A stretch of DNA of 64,000 bases from Reyranellaceae bacterium (GCA_022844045.1 JALHMM010000016.1:19806-83805); one strand, 5' to 3'. Positions 43,367 through 53,503 are shown, counted from the stretch's first letter. Numbers and translations: made by a program. The notes: generated by a model from the letters alone, not told the origin.

Positions 43367-43634
43367 GTACACGACGCGATTCAAGCGCGACTACAAACGA
43401 GAGAAATCTGGCCGCCACGGCAAGACCCTCGATGCCGAGCTGATGGCCGTGGTGGATTTGCTCGCGGCCGATGAGCCGCTACCGCGCCGGCACTTCGATC
43501 ATGCGCTGACCGGCGACTGGAAGGACTATCGCGACTGTCACATCAAGCCGGATCTGGTGCTGATCTATCGAAAGCCCGACGCCGAGTCGCTCGACCTCGT
43601 CCGGCTCGGCTCCCATAGTGAACTGGGACTCTGA
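43353..43634 (+). CDS. YafQ family type II toxin (RelE/ParE superfamily mRNA interferase)
   Basis: Carries YTTRFKRDYKR, HALTGDWKDYRDCHIKPDLVLIY and GSHSEL. Confidence 0.85.
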   Translation: MRTIRYTTRFKRDYKREKSGRHGKTLDAELMAVVDLLAADEPLPRRHFDHALTGDWKDYRDCHIKPDLVLIYRKPDAESLDLVRLGSHSELGL

Positions 43635-43782
43635 GGCCACCACCGCGTCGCTAGTGCCGAATCTGTTTCCCGATCAGGCTTGAAGACTCCGGCGATGCTT
43701 CTTCACGATCAGTGCAATGTCCCACCCGCGCTGGCGTCTTGATTGACGGCCACAACGCGTCTGTGCGAGTTGCTCGGCCGCA

Positions 43783-44844
43783 ATGCAGTCCGCTTCTTCT
43801 CCCGTCATCGTCTTCGACAACGTCCGCAAGACCTACGCCGCGCGCCGCGCCTCGCCCGAGGTCGGCGCGCTCGACGGCGTGTCGCTGTCGGTCGGCGCCG
43901 GCGAGATTGTCGGCGTGATTGGCCGCAGCGGCGCGGGCAAGTCGACCTTGATCCGCCTGGTCAACGGGCTGGAGAGGCCGACTACCGGCAGCGTGACGGT
44001 CGACGGCACCGAGATCTCCGCGCTCGACGAGCGTGGCCTGCGCGCGGCGCGGCGCTCGATCGGCATGATCTTCCAGCACTTCAACCTGCTGTCCTCGCGC
44101 ACCGCCTTCGGCAACGTGGCGCTGCCTCTGGAGATCGCCGGGCGCCCGTCCAGCGAGATCAAGGACCGCGTCGGCATGCTGCTCGAGCTGGTCGGCCTCG
44201 CCGACAAGCGCGACCGTTACCCGGCCGAGCTGTCGGGCGGCGAGAAGCAGCGCGTCGGCATCGCCCGCGCGCTGGCGACCGCGCCCAAGGTGCTGCTCTC
44301 GGACGAAGCGACCTCGGCGCTCGATCCCGAGACCACGGCGCAGATCCTGGCGCTGCTCAAGCGCATCAACCGCGAGCTCGGGCTGACCATCCTGCTGATC
44401 ACGCACGAGATGGCCGTGGTGAAGACCATCGCCGACCAGGTGATCGTGCTCGAAGCCGGGCGCATCATCGAGCAGGGCGCGACCTTCGACATCTTCGCCC
44501 ATCCCAGCCATCCGACGACGCGATCCTTCGTCGGCTCGGTCACCGGCTCGGCGCTGCCCGAGGATCTCCGTGGCCGGTTGCGCGCGGAGCCCGTCGCCGG
44601 CGGCCAGGCGGTGCTGAAGATCGTGTGGACCGGCGAGCAATCGGGCGATCGCGTGCTGGGCCAGCTGGCGCGCGCGCTGTCGATCGACGTGTCGCTGCTG
44701 CATGGCCAGATCGACACCATCGCCGGCCGGCCGTTCGGCACCTTGACCATCGCGATCCCGGGCGACGCGGCGACCTTGCGGGCGGCGCTCGACGCGCTGG
44801 CGCGCCAGGACCTGCGCACGGAGGTGCTCGGCCATGTCGCCTGA
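43783..44844 (+). CDS. metN: methionine ABC transporter ATP-binding protein
   Basis: Walker A is GRSGAGKST, the signature is LSGGEKQR, and there is a C-terminal NIL-like domain. Confidence 0.9.
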   Translation: MQSASSPVIVFDNVRKTYAARRASPEVGALDGVSLSVGAGEIVGVIGRSGAGKSTLIRLVNGLERPTTGSVTVDGTEISALDERGLRAARRSIGMIFQHFNLLSSRTAFGNVALPLEIAGRPSSEIKDRVGMLLELVGLADKRDRYPAELSGGEKQRVGIARALATAPKVLLSDEATSALDPETTAQILALLKRINRELGLTILLITHEMAVVKTIADQVIVLEAGRIIEQGATFDIFAHPSHPTTRSFVGSVTGSALPEDLRGRLRAEPVAGGQAVLKIVWTGEQSGDRVLGQLARALSIDVSLLHGQIDTIAGRPFGTLTIAIPGDAATLRAALDALARQDLRTEVLGHVA

Positions 44845-45502
44845 GGTGCTGCTGGCGATCTTCAACGCGACGATCGACACCCTGATCATGGTCGCGGTCG
44901 CCGCCGGGCTGGGCACGGCGCTTGGCCTGCCGCTGGGCGTCTTCCTCGCCACCAGCCGCGCCGGCGAGCTGTTCGCCTCGCCCTGGGCCAACCGCGTGCT
45001 GGGCCTGATCGTGAACGCCACGCGCTCGACGCCGTTCATCATCCTCGTGGTGGCGATCATCCCCTTCACGCGCCTGATCGCCGGCACCTCGATCGGCACC
45101 GCGGCCGCCATCGTGCCACTGACCGTCGCCGCGACGCCGTTCATCGCGCGTCTCGTGGAAGGCGCGATCCGCGAGCTCGACCACGGCCTGATCGAGGCGG
45201 CGCGCGCCATGGGCGCCAGCCCGCTGCAGATCGTGCTCAAGGTCCTGCTGCCCGAGGCGCTGCCGGCGATCGCGCTGGCGCTGACGCTCGCCACCGTCAG
45301 CCTGATCGGCTTTTCGGCCATGGTCGGCGCCGTCGGCGGCGGCGGGCTGGGCGATCTCGGCATCCGCTACGGCTATCAGCGCTTCATGCCCGACGTGATG
45401 GCCGCCGTCGTCATCGTCCTCATCGTCATCGTCCAGGCCGTACAGACGCTGGGCGACCGGCTCGCGCGCCGGCTGGACAAGCGCAAGCGAGATCAAGCAT
45501 GA
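44834..45502 (+). CDS. metI: methionine ABC transporter permease
   Basis: Full ORF, hydrophobic, overlapping the metN stop. Confidence 0.9.
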   Translation: MSPEVLLAIFNATIDTLIMVAVAAGLGTALGLPLGVFLATSRAGELFASPWANRVLGLIVNATRSTPFIILVVAIIPFTRLIAGTSIGTAAAIVPLTVAATPFIARLVEGAIRELDHGLIEAARAMGASPLQIVLKVLLPEALPAIALALTLATVSLIGFSAMVGAVGGGGLGDLGIRYGYQRFMPDVMAAVVIVLIVIVQAVQTLGDRLARRLDKRKRDQA

Positions 45503-45515
45503 CTGTGTCTTGTTC

Positions 45516-45548
45516 TTTCTCCCTCTCCCCGCAGGCGGGGAGAGGGAG
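45516..45548. repeat. short GC hairpin repeat (family 4)
   Basis: ttctccctctccccgcaggcggggagagggagc. Confidence 0.6.
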
Positions 45549-45584
45549 CAAGCCTCCAATCTTTGTTTAACGAGGAGCGTCCTC

Positions 45585-46373
45585 ATGTCACCGCGTCGTC
45601 TGTTCATCACGGCTCTCGCCGCATCGCTGCTCGTCGGCGCTACTGGTGTGACGGCCCAGACCACCATCAAGGTCGGCGTCACCGCCGGCCCGCCGGCCCA
45701 GATCATGGAGGCGGTCAAGGCCGTCGCCGCCAAGAAGGGGCTGACGATCCAGATCGTCGAGTTCACGGATTTCATCATCCCCAACACCGCGCTCGATGCC
45801 GGCGAGATCCAGGCCAACGCGTTCCAGCATCAGCCCTACCTCGACAACCAGAAGACCGATCGCAAGTTCAAGATCGACTCGGTGGCCCAGACCTACACCG
45901 TGCCGCTCGGCATCTACTCGAAGAAGCACAAGACCTGGGCCGACGTGCCGTCGGGCGCCTCGATCGCCATCCCCAACGATCCGACCAATGGCGGCCGCGC
46001 GCTCCTGCTGCTGCAGGCCAAGGGCGTGATCAAGCTCAAGCCCAATGTCGGGCTGCGGCCGACGCCGCTCGACATCGTCGACAACCCGAAGAGGCTCAAG
46101 ATCATCGAGATCGACGCGGCGCAGACCTCGCGCTCGCTCGACGACGTCGCGGCCGCTGCGATCAACACCAACTACGCCGTGCAGGCCGGCCTCGACCCGG
46201 CCAAGGACGCCATCCTGCAGGAGGACCCGCAGGGCCCGTACGTGAACATCATCGCCGTGCGCACCGCCGACAAGGACCAGCCCTGGGTAAAGATCCTCGT
46301 CGAGAGCTACCGCTCGCCCGAGGTGAAGGCCTTCATGGCCGAGAAGTTCAGGAGCTTCCTGCCGTCGTGGTGA
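45585..46373 (+). CDS. metQ: MetQ/NlpA family methionine-binding protein
   Basis: Start at MSPRRLFITALAA after gaggag. Carries NAFQHQPYL and IAIPNDPTNGGRAL. Confidence 0.9.
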   Translation: MSPRRLFITALAASLLVGATGVTAQTTIKVGVTAGPPAQIMEAVKAVAAKKGLTIQIVEFTDFIIPNTALDAGEIQANAFQHQPYLDNQKTDRKFKIDSVAQTYTVPLGIYSKKHKTWADVPSGASIAIPNDPTNGGRALLLLQAKGVIKLKPNVGLRPTPLDIVDNPKRLKIIEIDAAQTSRSLDDVAAAAINTNYAVQAGLDPAKDAILQEDPQGPYVNIIAVRTADKDQPWVKILVESYRSPEVKAFMAEKFRSFLPSW

Positions 46374-46442
46374 ATCGGGGGCGCGGGTTTCGTCCCCGCG
46401 CGTGCCGGCCTCGGCGCGCGTTCCTGTCGAACTGACCCACTT

Positions 46443-46505
46443 GTCATCCCGAGCGCAGCGACGGATCTAGGCTGGCCCTGGATCCCTCGCTACGCTCGGG
46501 ATGAC
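46443..46505. repeat. REP-like palindromic element (family 3)
   Basis: gtcatcccgagcgcagcgacggatctagg...ctggatccctcgctacgctcgggatgac. Confidence 0.8.
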
Positions 46506-46523
46506 AGGTGGCCGCTCGACACT

Positions 46524-47243
46524 CTAGCGCACGCCGTACTTTACGTAGACGTCGGCGATGCCGGGCATGATCGACTTGGCGCGCGCGATGTCGGCGGCGG
46601 CGCCGGCCGCGTCGCCCTTGCGCTGGCGCGCGATGCCACGGCCGTAGAGCGCCGAACTCGATCTCGGCTGCTGTTGCAGCACGGCGTCGAAATCGCCGAT
46701 GGCGGCGTCGAGGCGGCCGGCCTTGAGGTGCACGACGCCGCGGCCTTCGATCGTATGCGCATCGCCCGGCCGCAGCCGTAGCGACTCCTGGCAATCCTTC
46801 AGCGCCGCCTCGAGCTCGCCGACGATCGCGGCCGCCCAGCAGCGGCTGGTCCAGGCATCCGCATCGGCGGGGGTGAGCCGGATCACCACGCTGTAGTCCC
46901 GCAGCGCGCGGGCGTGCTCGCCCTTGCCCGACAAGGCGATGCCCCGGTTGAAGTAGGCATCGGTGTAGGACGGGTTCAGCCGGATCGCCTCGCCGTAATC
47001 CTCGATCTCGCGGTCGGCTTGGCCCTTCTCGCGCCAAGCGATGGCGCGGTTGTAGTGGGCCTTGGCGAGGTCGGCATTGCCGCGCCCGCCGGCCTGGATC
47101 ACCGCGCCGCAGCCGGCGATGACGGCGTCGGGCGTATCGCCGTTGCAGCGCTTCCAGCTATCCTCGCGCGTTTGCGCCAGCACAGGCGCCGTCGCCAGCG
47201 CGACCGCCAACCCAACGCCCAGCGCGCATACCCCGAGCTTCAC
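46524..47243 (-). CDS. secreted tetratricopeptide (TPR) repeat protein
   Basis: A signal peptide MKLGVCALGVGLAVALATAPVLA followed by repeated A-x-x-Y-x-R-G / A-x-x-D-F TPR signatures. Confidence 0.8.
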   Translation of the reverse strand: MKLGVCALGVGLAVALATAPVLAQTREDSWKRCNGDTPDAVIAGCGAVIQAGGRGNADLAKAHYNRAIAWREKGQADREIEDYGEAIRLNPSYTDAYFNRGIALSGKGEHARALRDYSVVIRLTPADADAWTSRCWAAAIVGELEAALKDCQESLRLRPGDAHTIEGRGVVHLKAGRLDAAIGDFDAVLQQQPRSSSALYGRGIARQRKGDAAGAAADIARAKSIMPGIADVYVKYGVR

Positions 47244-47410
47244 GACACGCTCTCCCCCACCGCTCCCGCGGCTCGGCCAAGCTAGCGCGATAGCCGGCGA
47301 GTGTCGCGCCCGCTATTTCGGGGATGTTTCGCCCCACGGCCGCGTAGTAGTCTCGTACACGATGCTGAATCACTCGTGTCAGCGAGCCAACACAGGCGAC
47401 GGAGGCGAAG

Positions 47411-47680
47411 ATGAGCAGGATACTCGACAGGCTTTCGCGGAGCGCGGCGACGATATCGGTCGCATCCTTCCTGACCGTGACGATTTCGGTCGGATCCTTC
47501 CTGGCGGCGACCCTTACTCCCGACATGCTGTTCGCCAAGGATGTCGACAACAAGAACAGCATCGAAATCACAACCCGGGCCCCGAAGGTCAAGTCCGGCG
47601 GGCAGCCAACCGGCACCGATGGCAAGGCACCGACCCAAAAGAGTGGTGCGCCAGCGCGTCCGCCGGCCGACAAGCGATAA
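47411..47680 (+). CDS. hypothetical small protein with hydrophobic N-terminal segment
   Basis: ggaggcgaag lies before the ATG. Lower-GC segment with no recognisable motif. Confidence 0.4.
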   Translation: MSRILDRLSRSAATISVASFLTVTISVGSFLAATLTPDMLFAKDVDNKNSIEITTRAPKVKSGGQPTGTDGKAPTQKSGAPARPPADKR

Positions 47681-47803
47681 CCGGCCATTCGGCTGGGCCC
47701 TTTTCGTGCCGGGTGAGGGGCGTTCCCGGCGCGATGGATACTGACGACAATCAAGATCGGGCGCGATCGAGTCCACGGGCTGGCCCAGAGGCGTCGCCCG
47801 CGT

Positions 47804-48202
47804 CTACGCGCTGTCGCCGGCCGGGAAGGAGTGGTGTTCGTGCGCTACCATCCAGCGCCCGTCGACCTTGCGCAGGCCAACGGAAAGTCGGCCGGTCGCC
47901 TCAGGCACCGCCTCGCAGCGCAGCAGCGCATGCGCCCAAGCCACGTCGGCGCCGGCGACGATCCTCAACTCGCGCAGCTCGAAGTCGCGCGAGCCATCCG
48001 ATTCGAAATAGCGCGGCCAGGTGTTGCGGTACGCCTCGATGCCCTTCTCCTGCATCGGCGGCGGGACATCGAACATCACGATATCTCGCGTGCGATCGGC
48101 CACCACGCCATCGAGGTCGTGGGCGCGTACCCTCGCAGCCCATGTCTCCAGCAATATCAGGATGGCACGTTCGTCGTCCGTCTGCCGCATCATGCGCTCC
48201 AT
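47804..48202 (-). CDS. SnoaL-like / DUF4440 (NTF2 fold) protein
   Basis: Start taken at MERMMRQTDDERAI. Carries the C-terminal GRWMVAHEHHSFP motif. Confidence 0.7.
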   Translation of the reverse strand: MERMMRQTDDERAILILLETWAARVRAHDLDGVVADRTRDIVMFDVPPPMQEKGIEAYRNTWPRYFESDGSRDFELRELRIVAGADVAWAHALLRCEAVPEATGRLSVGLRKVDGRWMVAHEHHSFPAGDSA

Positions 48203-48365
48203 CGTTCGATAGAGCCCGAGTGCCCGACGTTTGATTTCCTGTGAAGTGCCGGAGTTGTCGCGATACATTGTGCGGAATGCGCCTCGGTCTTCATGTCGAT
48301 CGGCAGGTGATACGGCTCGTCGCCGAGCGCATCGACGTCGGGCAGCCGCAGATCGGCCCGAGCCT

Positions 48366-50612
48366 TCAGGCCACTTCCGCCGTGTTCAGCAGCTTGTCGA
48401 TGGTGATCGGGAAGTCGCGCACGCGTTTGCCGGTGGCGTGGAAGATGGCGTTGGCCACCGCGGCGGCGGCGCCGACGATGCCGATCTCGCCCAGGCCCTT
48501 GACGCCGATCGGGCTCGTCTTCGCGTCGTGCTCGTCGACGAAGATCACCTCGATGTCGCCGACGTCGGCGTTCGCCGGCACGTGATAGTCGGCGAAGTTG
48601 TGATTGACGACGCGGCCCAGCCGGTGGTCGGTCACCGTCTCCTCGTGCAGCGCCATGCCGATGCCCATGGCGATGCCGCCGAGGATCTGGCTGCGCGCCG
48701 TCTTCGGATTGAGGATGCGGCCGGCGGCCGTCGCGCAGACCACACGCGTCACCCGCACCACGCCCAGCTCCTCATCGACACGCACCTCGGCGAAGACGGC
48801 GGATTGGGCGTAGCTGGCGTACTTCATCATCCGCAGCACCGGCGGCCAGGCCCTGCCCTTGCCCTCGATGCGCTCGACCTGCGCCGTCCGCATCGCCTCG
48901 CCGAGGCCGACGCCGCGCGCCGGCTCGCCGCGCCGCGCGATGCGGCCGCCATCGAAGACCACGTCGTCCAGCTTGGCGTCGGCCAGCGGCGAGCCGGTCA
49001 TGCGCCGGGCATGGCGCAACAGCGTCGCGCGGATGTCGTCGCAGGCTCTGGTCACCGCCGTGCCCGACGACGCGGCGGTCCACGAGCCGCCTTCGACCGG
49101 CGCCCACGGCAGGTCGGTATCGCCCAGCCGCACCGTCACCGCTTCCATCGGCAGCCCCAGGGCGTCGGCGGCGATCTGCGCGAGGATCGTGTAGGTGCCC
49201 GTGCCGATGTCGCTCGCGGCGGTCTCGACGAGAAGGCTCGCGTCGGCCTTCAGGATCACGCGCGCGTTGCTCAGCATCGTCATGGCGTCCCACGCGCCGC
49301 TCGCCATGCCCCAGCCGACCAGCTCGCCGCCCTCGCGCATCGAGCGCGGCGCGAGGCCGCGCCGCCGCCAGTCGAAGGCATCGGCGGCGGCGGCGTAGCA
49401 GGCCTCGAGCGACTTCGAGGTGAACGGCTTGTCGTCGTTGGCGTCGCGCTCGGCGTAGTTGCGCCGGCGGAATTCGAGCGGATCGATGCCGGCGGCGAAG
49501 GCGAGCTCGTCGATGGCGCATTCCAGCGCGTTGACGCCGCTCGCCGCGCCGGGCGCGCGCATGTCGCAGGGCGTGCAGGTGTCGAGCTTCGCCAGCCTGT
49601 AGTCCAGCCTGACACTGTCGCTGCGATAGAGAAGCCCCGACCAGTTGACCAGGTTCTCCTGGTAATCCTCGTGGCGCGAGGTCGCCGCGACGCCGTCATG
49701 CGTCACCGATCGCAGCCGGCCCTGGCTGTCGCAGGACAGGCCGATGGTGTGCAGGGTGTCGGGCCGGTAGCCCGTCGTGAACATCTCCCGCCGCGACAGG
49801 CAGACGCGCACCGAGCGCTTGAGCGCCAGGCTCGCCATCACGGCGCAGAAGGCGTTCGCCTGCGGGCGCAGCCCCACGCCGAAGGCGCCGCCGACATAGG
49901 CGCTGACCACGCGCACGTTCTTCTTCTTCAGGCCGAAGACCTTGGCGATGTAGCTGCGTACGTTCGTCGCGCCCTGCGTCTTGTCGTAGAGCGTCAGGCG
50001 GCCGTCGCCCTCCCAGACGCAGGTCGTGGCGAACATCTCCATCGGATTGTGATGCTGGGGCGGCAGCCCGTACCGCGCCCGCAGCTTGAACGGCTCGGCG
50101 GCGAACGCCTTGTCGACATCGCCGCGCGGCTTGGGCGGACGCGGCACGCCGAAGCGCTTGCGTGGCGGGCGATAGGCGTTGTCGACCTCCTGGTGGAGGT
50201 CGGTGCGGTGCGCGGCCTGCTCGTAGGTGACCTCGACCAGCGCGGCGGCGTCGCGCGCCGCCTCCCAGGTCTCGGCGACCACCAGCGCCACGGGCTGGTC
50301 GGCGAACTGGATCTCGTGGGACTGCAACGGCCTGAAGGGTGAACCGGGCGGCGCCACCATGTCGCGCCACCTGAAGTCGAACCGGGCGACATCGCCGCGA
50401 TCGGCGTGCGTGAAGACCCGCACCACGCCGGCGATCGCCAGCGCGGCGGCCGCGTCGATGCTCGCGATACGGCCGCGCGCGATGCGCGAAGGCACCAGGC
50501 ACCCATGCAGCAGATCGGGCGCATCGTACTCGGCGGCGTAGCGCGCCTGGCCGGTGACCTTGAGCCTGCCCTCGACGCGCGAGCGCGCCTGACCGACGTG
50601 GCGAGCCGTCAT
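48366..50612 (-). CDS. xanthine dehydrogenase/aldehyde oxidase family molybdopterin-binding subunit
   Basis: Full 748-aa ORF. Carries KVTGQARYAAEY and a C-terminal GLGEIGIVG motif. Confidence 0.9.
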   Translation of the reverse strand: MTARHVGQARSRVEGRLKVTGQARYAAEYDAPDLLHGCLVPSRIARGRIASIDAAAALAIAGVVRVFTHADRGDVARFDFRWRDMVAPPGSPFRPLQSHEIQFADQPVALVVAETWEAARDAAALVEVTYEQAAHRTDLHQEVDNAYRPPRKRFGVPRPPKPRGDVDKAFAAEPFKLRARYGLPPQHHNPMEMFATTCVWEGDGRLTLYDKTQGATNVRSYIAKVFGLKKKNVRVVSAYVGGAFGVGLRPQANAFCAVMASLALKRSVRVCLSRREMFTTGYRPDTLHTIGLSCDSQGRLRSVTHDGVAATSRHEDYQENLVNWSGLLYRSDSVRLDYRLAKLDTCTPCDMRAPGAASGVNALECAIDELAFAAGIDPLEFRRRNYAERDANDDKPFTSKSLEACYAAAADAFDWRRRGLAPRSMREGGELVGWGMASGAWDAMTMLSNARVILKADASLLVETAASDIGTGTYTILAQIAADALGLPMEAVTVRLGDTDLPWAPVEGGSWTAASSGTAVTRACDDIRATLLRHARRMTGSPLADAKLDDVVFDGGRIARRGEPARGVGLGEAMRTAQVERIEGKGRAWPPVLRMMKYASYAQSAVFAEVRVDEELGVVRVTRVVCATAAGRILNPKTARSQILGGIAMGIGMALHEETVTDHRLGRVVNHNFADYHVPANADVGDIEVIFVDEHDAKTSPIGVKGLGEIGIVGAAAAVANAIFHATGKRVRDFPITIDKLLNTAEVA

Positions 50613-50794
50613 CGCCGCCCTCCCCCGACCTCAGTGCTATCGCATAAGGATTGTTGGCTGCCTTGGGGCCGCGCCGCTCCAGTGGCGCGTCTTCTCGATC
50701 GGCCGTCGCGCCTCTGGAGTGGCGCGCCCCCAGCCTCGAACGTCATATGCGATCGCCCTGCCCCGGACCGCACGCCGCGGAACCTGCGACAGCC

Positions 50795-51811
50795 TCATGC
50801 GACGCGCTTGTCGGACTGCGACTGCGGCGTGCCGCGCGCCGCCTGGCTCAGCGCACGCGCCAAGGCGCGGCGCGCGAGGCCGATCTTGAAGTCGTTCTCG
50901 CCCTGCCCTCTGGCGCCGGCGAGGAAGCGATCGGCGAAGCCCTCGAAGGTCGGGCGGCTCGCGTCCTGCCCGATCAGCCACGCCTCGGCCGCGCGATCGC
51001 GCCATGGCCGGTGCGCGACACCGCCCATCGCCACCGCCGCGCCGGCGATCCGATCGCCATCGAGATCGAGCAGCACGGCGACCGAGACGAGCGCGAAGGC
51101 ATAGGACAGCCGGTCGCGCAGCTTGAGGTACGTGTGGTGCGGCCCGCCGGTACGCGCCGGCAGCTCGACATGCGTGATCAGCTCGCCATGCGCCAGCGTG
51201 TTGTCGAGATGCGGGGTATCCCCGGGCAGGCGATGGAAATCCTGGAACGGCATGAAACGCTTGCCCCGCGGTCCCTCGACATGGACGACCGCGTCGAGCG
51301 CGGCGAGCGCCACGCACATGTCGGAGGGATGGGTCGCGATGCAGCGCTCGCTGGCGCCGAGGATCGCGTGCATGCGATTGCGCCCGCCGATCGCGGGGCA
51401 GCCGGAGCCGGGCTCGCGCTTGTTGCACGGCGTGGCGCGGTCGTAGAAGTAGTGGCAGCGCGTGCGTTGCAGCAGGTTGCCGCCGGTGGTGGCGGCGTTA
51501 CGCAGCTGCGCCGAGGCGCCGGCGAGGATGGCGCTCGACAGCAGCGGATAGCGCCGCTCGACGCGCGCATCCCAGGCGAGGTCGCTGTTGGGCACCAGCG
51601 CGCCGATGCGCAGGCCGCCGCCATCGACGTCCTCGATCGCCGACAGCGGCAGCCGGTTGATGTCGACCACACGCGAGGGCCGCGCGACCTCGACCTTCAT
51701 CAGGTCGACCAGATTGGTTCCGCCGGCCAGCGCGCAGGCGTCGGGCACCGCGACGATCGCGGCGACCGCTTCGGCCACCGAGCTGGCGCGGATGTATTCG
51801 AAGCGCCTCAT
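50795..51811 (-). CDS. xanthine dehydrogenase family FAD-binding subunit
   Basis: Start at MRRFEYIRASSVAEA. Carries AGGTNLVDLMK. The start overlaps the stop of the 2Fe-2S subunit gene. Confidence 0.9.
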   Translation of the reverse strand: MRRFEYIRASSVAEAVAAIVAVPDACALAGGTNLVDLMKVEVARPSRVVDINRLPLSAIEDVDGGGLRIGALVPNSDLAWDARVERRYPLLSSAILAGASAQLRNAATTGGNLLQRTRCHYFYDRATPCNKREPGSGCPAIGGRNRMHAILGASERCIATHPSDMCVALAALDAVVHVEGPRGKRFMPFQDFHRLPGDTPHLDNTLAHGELITHVELPARTGGPHHTYLKLRDRLSYAFALVSVAVLLDLDGDRIAGAAVAMGGVAHRPWRDRAAEAWLIGQDASRPTFEGFADRFLAGARGQGENDFKIGLARRALARALSQAARGTPQSQSDKRVA

Positions 51812-52311
51812 TCGGCGGCCGCCTGTGCCTGGGCCTGATCTTGGGCCCGGTCCTGGCCAAGCACGTCCTCGATGGCGGCGACGATGTTGGGGTAGGCGCC
51901 GCAGCGGCAGAGATTGCCGCTCATGTTCTCGCGGATGTCGTCGCGCGTACGCGTCCTGCCCTCGGCGAGCAGGCCGACGGCCGAGCAGATCTGGCCGGGC
52001 GTGCAATAGCCGCACTGGAAAGCGTCGCGCTCGATGAAGGCCTGCTGCAGCGGATGCAGGGCGCCGGCTTGCGTCAGGCCCTCCACGGTCGTCACCTCGG
52101 CGCCATCGAGCGTGACGGCGAGCAGCAGGCAGGCGTTCTTCCGCCGGCCGTCGACCAGCACCGTGCAGGCGCCGCACTGGCCGTGATCGCAGCCCTTCTT
52201 CGAGCCGCGCAGATCCATGCGCTCGCGCAACAGATCGAGCAGGGTGACCCACGGCTCACAGACGATCTCGCGCCGCGCGCCGTTCAGGATCAAGACGACG
52301 GCGACGAGCAT
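51808..52311 (-). CDS. (2Fe-2S)-binding small subunit of the molybdo-hydroxylase
   Basis: Start at MLVAVVLILNG. Carries CDHGQCGACTV and QCGYCTPG...CRCGAY cluster motifs. Confidence 0.9.
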   Translation of the reverse strand: MLVAVVLILNGARREIVCEPWVTLLDLLRERMDLRGSKKGCDHGQCGACTVLVDGRRKNACLLLAVTLDGAEVTTVEGLTQAGALHPLQQAFIERDAFQCGYCTPGQICSAVGLLAEGRTRTRDDIRENMSGNLCRCGAYPNIVAAIEDVLGQDRAQDQAQAQAAAE

Positions 52312-52408
52312 GACGGCGTTCCCGGGATCGACTCCAATAGGGCTCAACGTGCCTCGGCGCGCGAGGTTGCCGCAAGGCTTCCCGCGCGACAACGCCGCGC
52401 GCCCGCCG

Positions 52409-53503
52409 TCAGGCCCTCATGTCGATCGGCAGGTGATACGGCTCGTCGCCCAGCGCATCGACGCGGGCCCAGAAGTCGGGGCCGGACGCCGTGCCGCTTG
52501 GCGCCTTTGTCGCGGACTGGCGGAAGATGTTCCAGGAGCGTGGATGCAGGCGGTTGGCCTCGTCGTAGTGGCGCCGCGCCTCGTCCTCCCGGCCCTTCAG
52601 CTTCAGGTGCTGTGCCAGCTTGAAGTGCACATGGGCCCGCGCGGCGTCACCGTCGGGCAGGCGCAGATGGGCGCGCGCCGCGCTCTCGTCGAAGGCGTGA
52701 ACGCTCGACGCGCCGTTGAGCACCCAGTCGCGGATCGCCTGGACATAGCCGTTCTTGATGCGCGCGCGCTCTGCCGTCTGCTCGGGCGTCATCTCGCCGG
52801 TGGCGCGGTTCATCCGGCGGAAGGCGTCGGACTGGCCGGCATTCTCCGCCGGCCGCACGATGCGGCCCCGCTCGTCGATCCACACCGCCTGCGGCACGTT
52901 GACCATGTGATAAAGCTCGGCGACGCGATGCTCGCGGTCGACCACGCAGGGATACTCGGGCGAGGCCTGCTCGATCCACGGCCGCGCCGCCTCGGGCTCG
53001 TCCAGGGCGACGGCCAGCACGACGAAGTCGCGGTCACGAAGCTCGGCGTAGAGTTGCTGCCACACGGGCAAGTCAGCGCGGCAGCCTCACCACGAGGCCC
53101 AACTCACCAGCAGCACCTTCTTGCCGCGATGCGCCGCGAGCGTGTGCGACGTGCCGGCGAGATCGGGCAGCGCGAAGTCCGGCGCCGCCAGCGAGCGCAG
53201 TCGCTCGGCACGCTCGGCCGCGCTGGTGCCCAGCACCCAGGTCTCGCGCGCTTCATCGTGCGCCAGCGGCATGTCGAGATGGCGCCACAGGGCCGCCACG
53301 TTGATCTCGCCCTGCGCGCCGACGAGGGATGGCGCGCGCCCCGGCGGCACCGGCACGCAGATCTCGCCCTTGCAGAAGCCCTCCGGCTTCACCGTCCAGC
53401 CGGTGGCGCGCGCGGCGTCATCCGACGACAGCCACAAGCCATCGTCCGCCGTGCGCGCCTTGGCGATCTCGACGGTGGTCTCATCGGTCATGACAGTGAT
53501 CAT
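52409..53503 (-). CDS. TlpA/ResA-type thioredoxin-fold protein with in-frame TGA (53089-53087) at the first active-site position: candidate selenoprotein, alternatively a nonsense pseudogene
   Basis: Track ORFs 53087..53503 and 52409..53071 share one frame. The read-through is APDFALPDLAGTSHTLAAHRGKKVLLVSWASW-TGA-GCRADLPVWQQLYAEL...VNVPQAVWIDERGRIVRP, a redoxin pattern with the stop where WC(xx)C normally has its first Cys. Confidence 0.6.
53056..53085 (-). other. hairpin immediately 3' of the in-frame UGA (possible bacterial SECIS)
   Basis: On the RNA, GCUGCCGCGC pairs with GUGUGGCAGC: 6 Watson-Crick pairs plus 4 more including 2 G-U pairs. The loop is UGACUUGCCC, and the stem starts 1 nt after the UGA. 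Confidence 0.4.

Noticed and set aside
43640-43782. Possible SAM-responsive riboswitch upstream of metN
   Set aside because: I could not find the SAM-II consensus features (pseudoknot-forming GCUUG...AAAGCU) or any other class signature by eye. A covariance-model search would be needed.
43651-45817. 570-aa and 425-aa minus-strand ORFs antisense to metN/metI
   Set aside because: These are shadow ORFs. The plus strand encodes unmistakable MetN (Walker A, LSGGEKQR) and MetI.
48231-50342. 703-aa plus-strand ORF antisense to the molybdopterin subunit gene
   Set aside because: Shadow ORF with extreme Arg/Ala/Gly/Asp content. The minus strand matches the xanthine dehydrogenase family along its full length.
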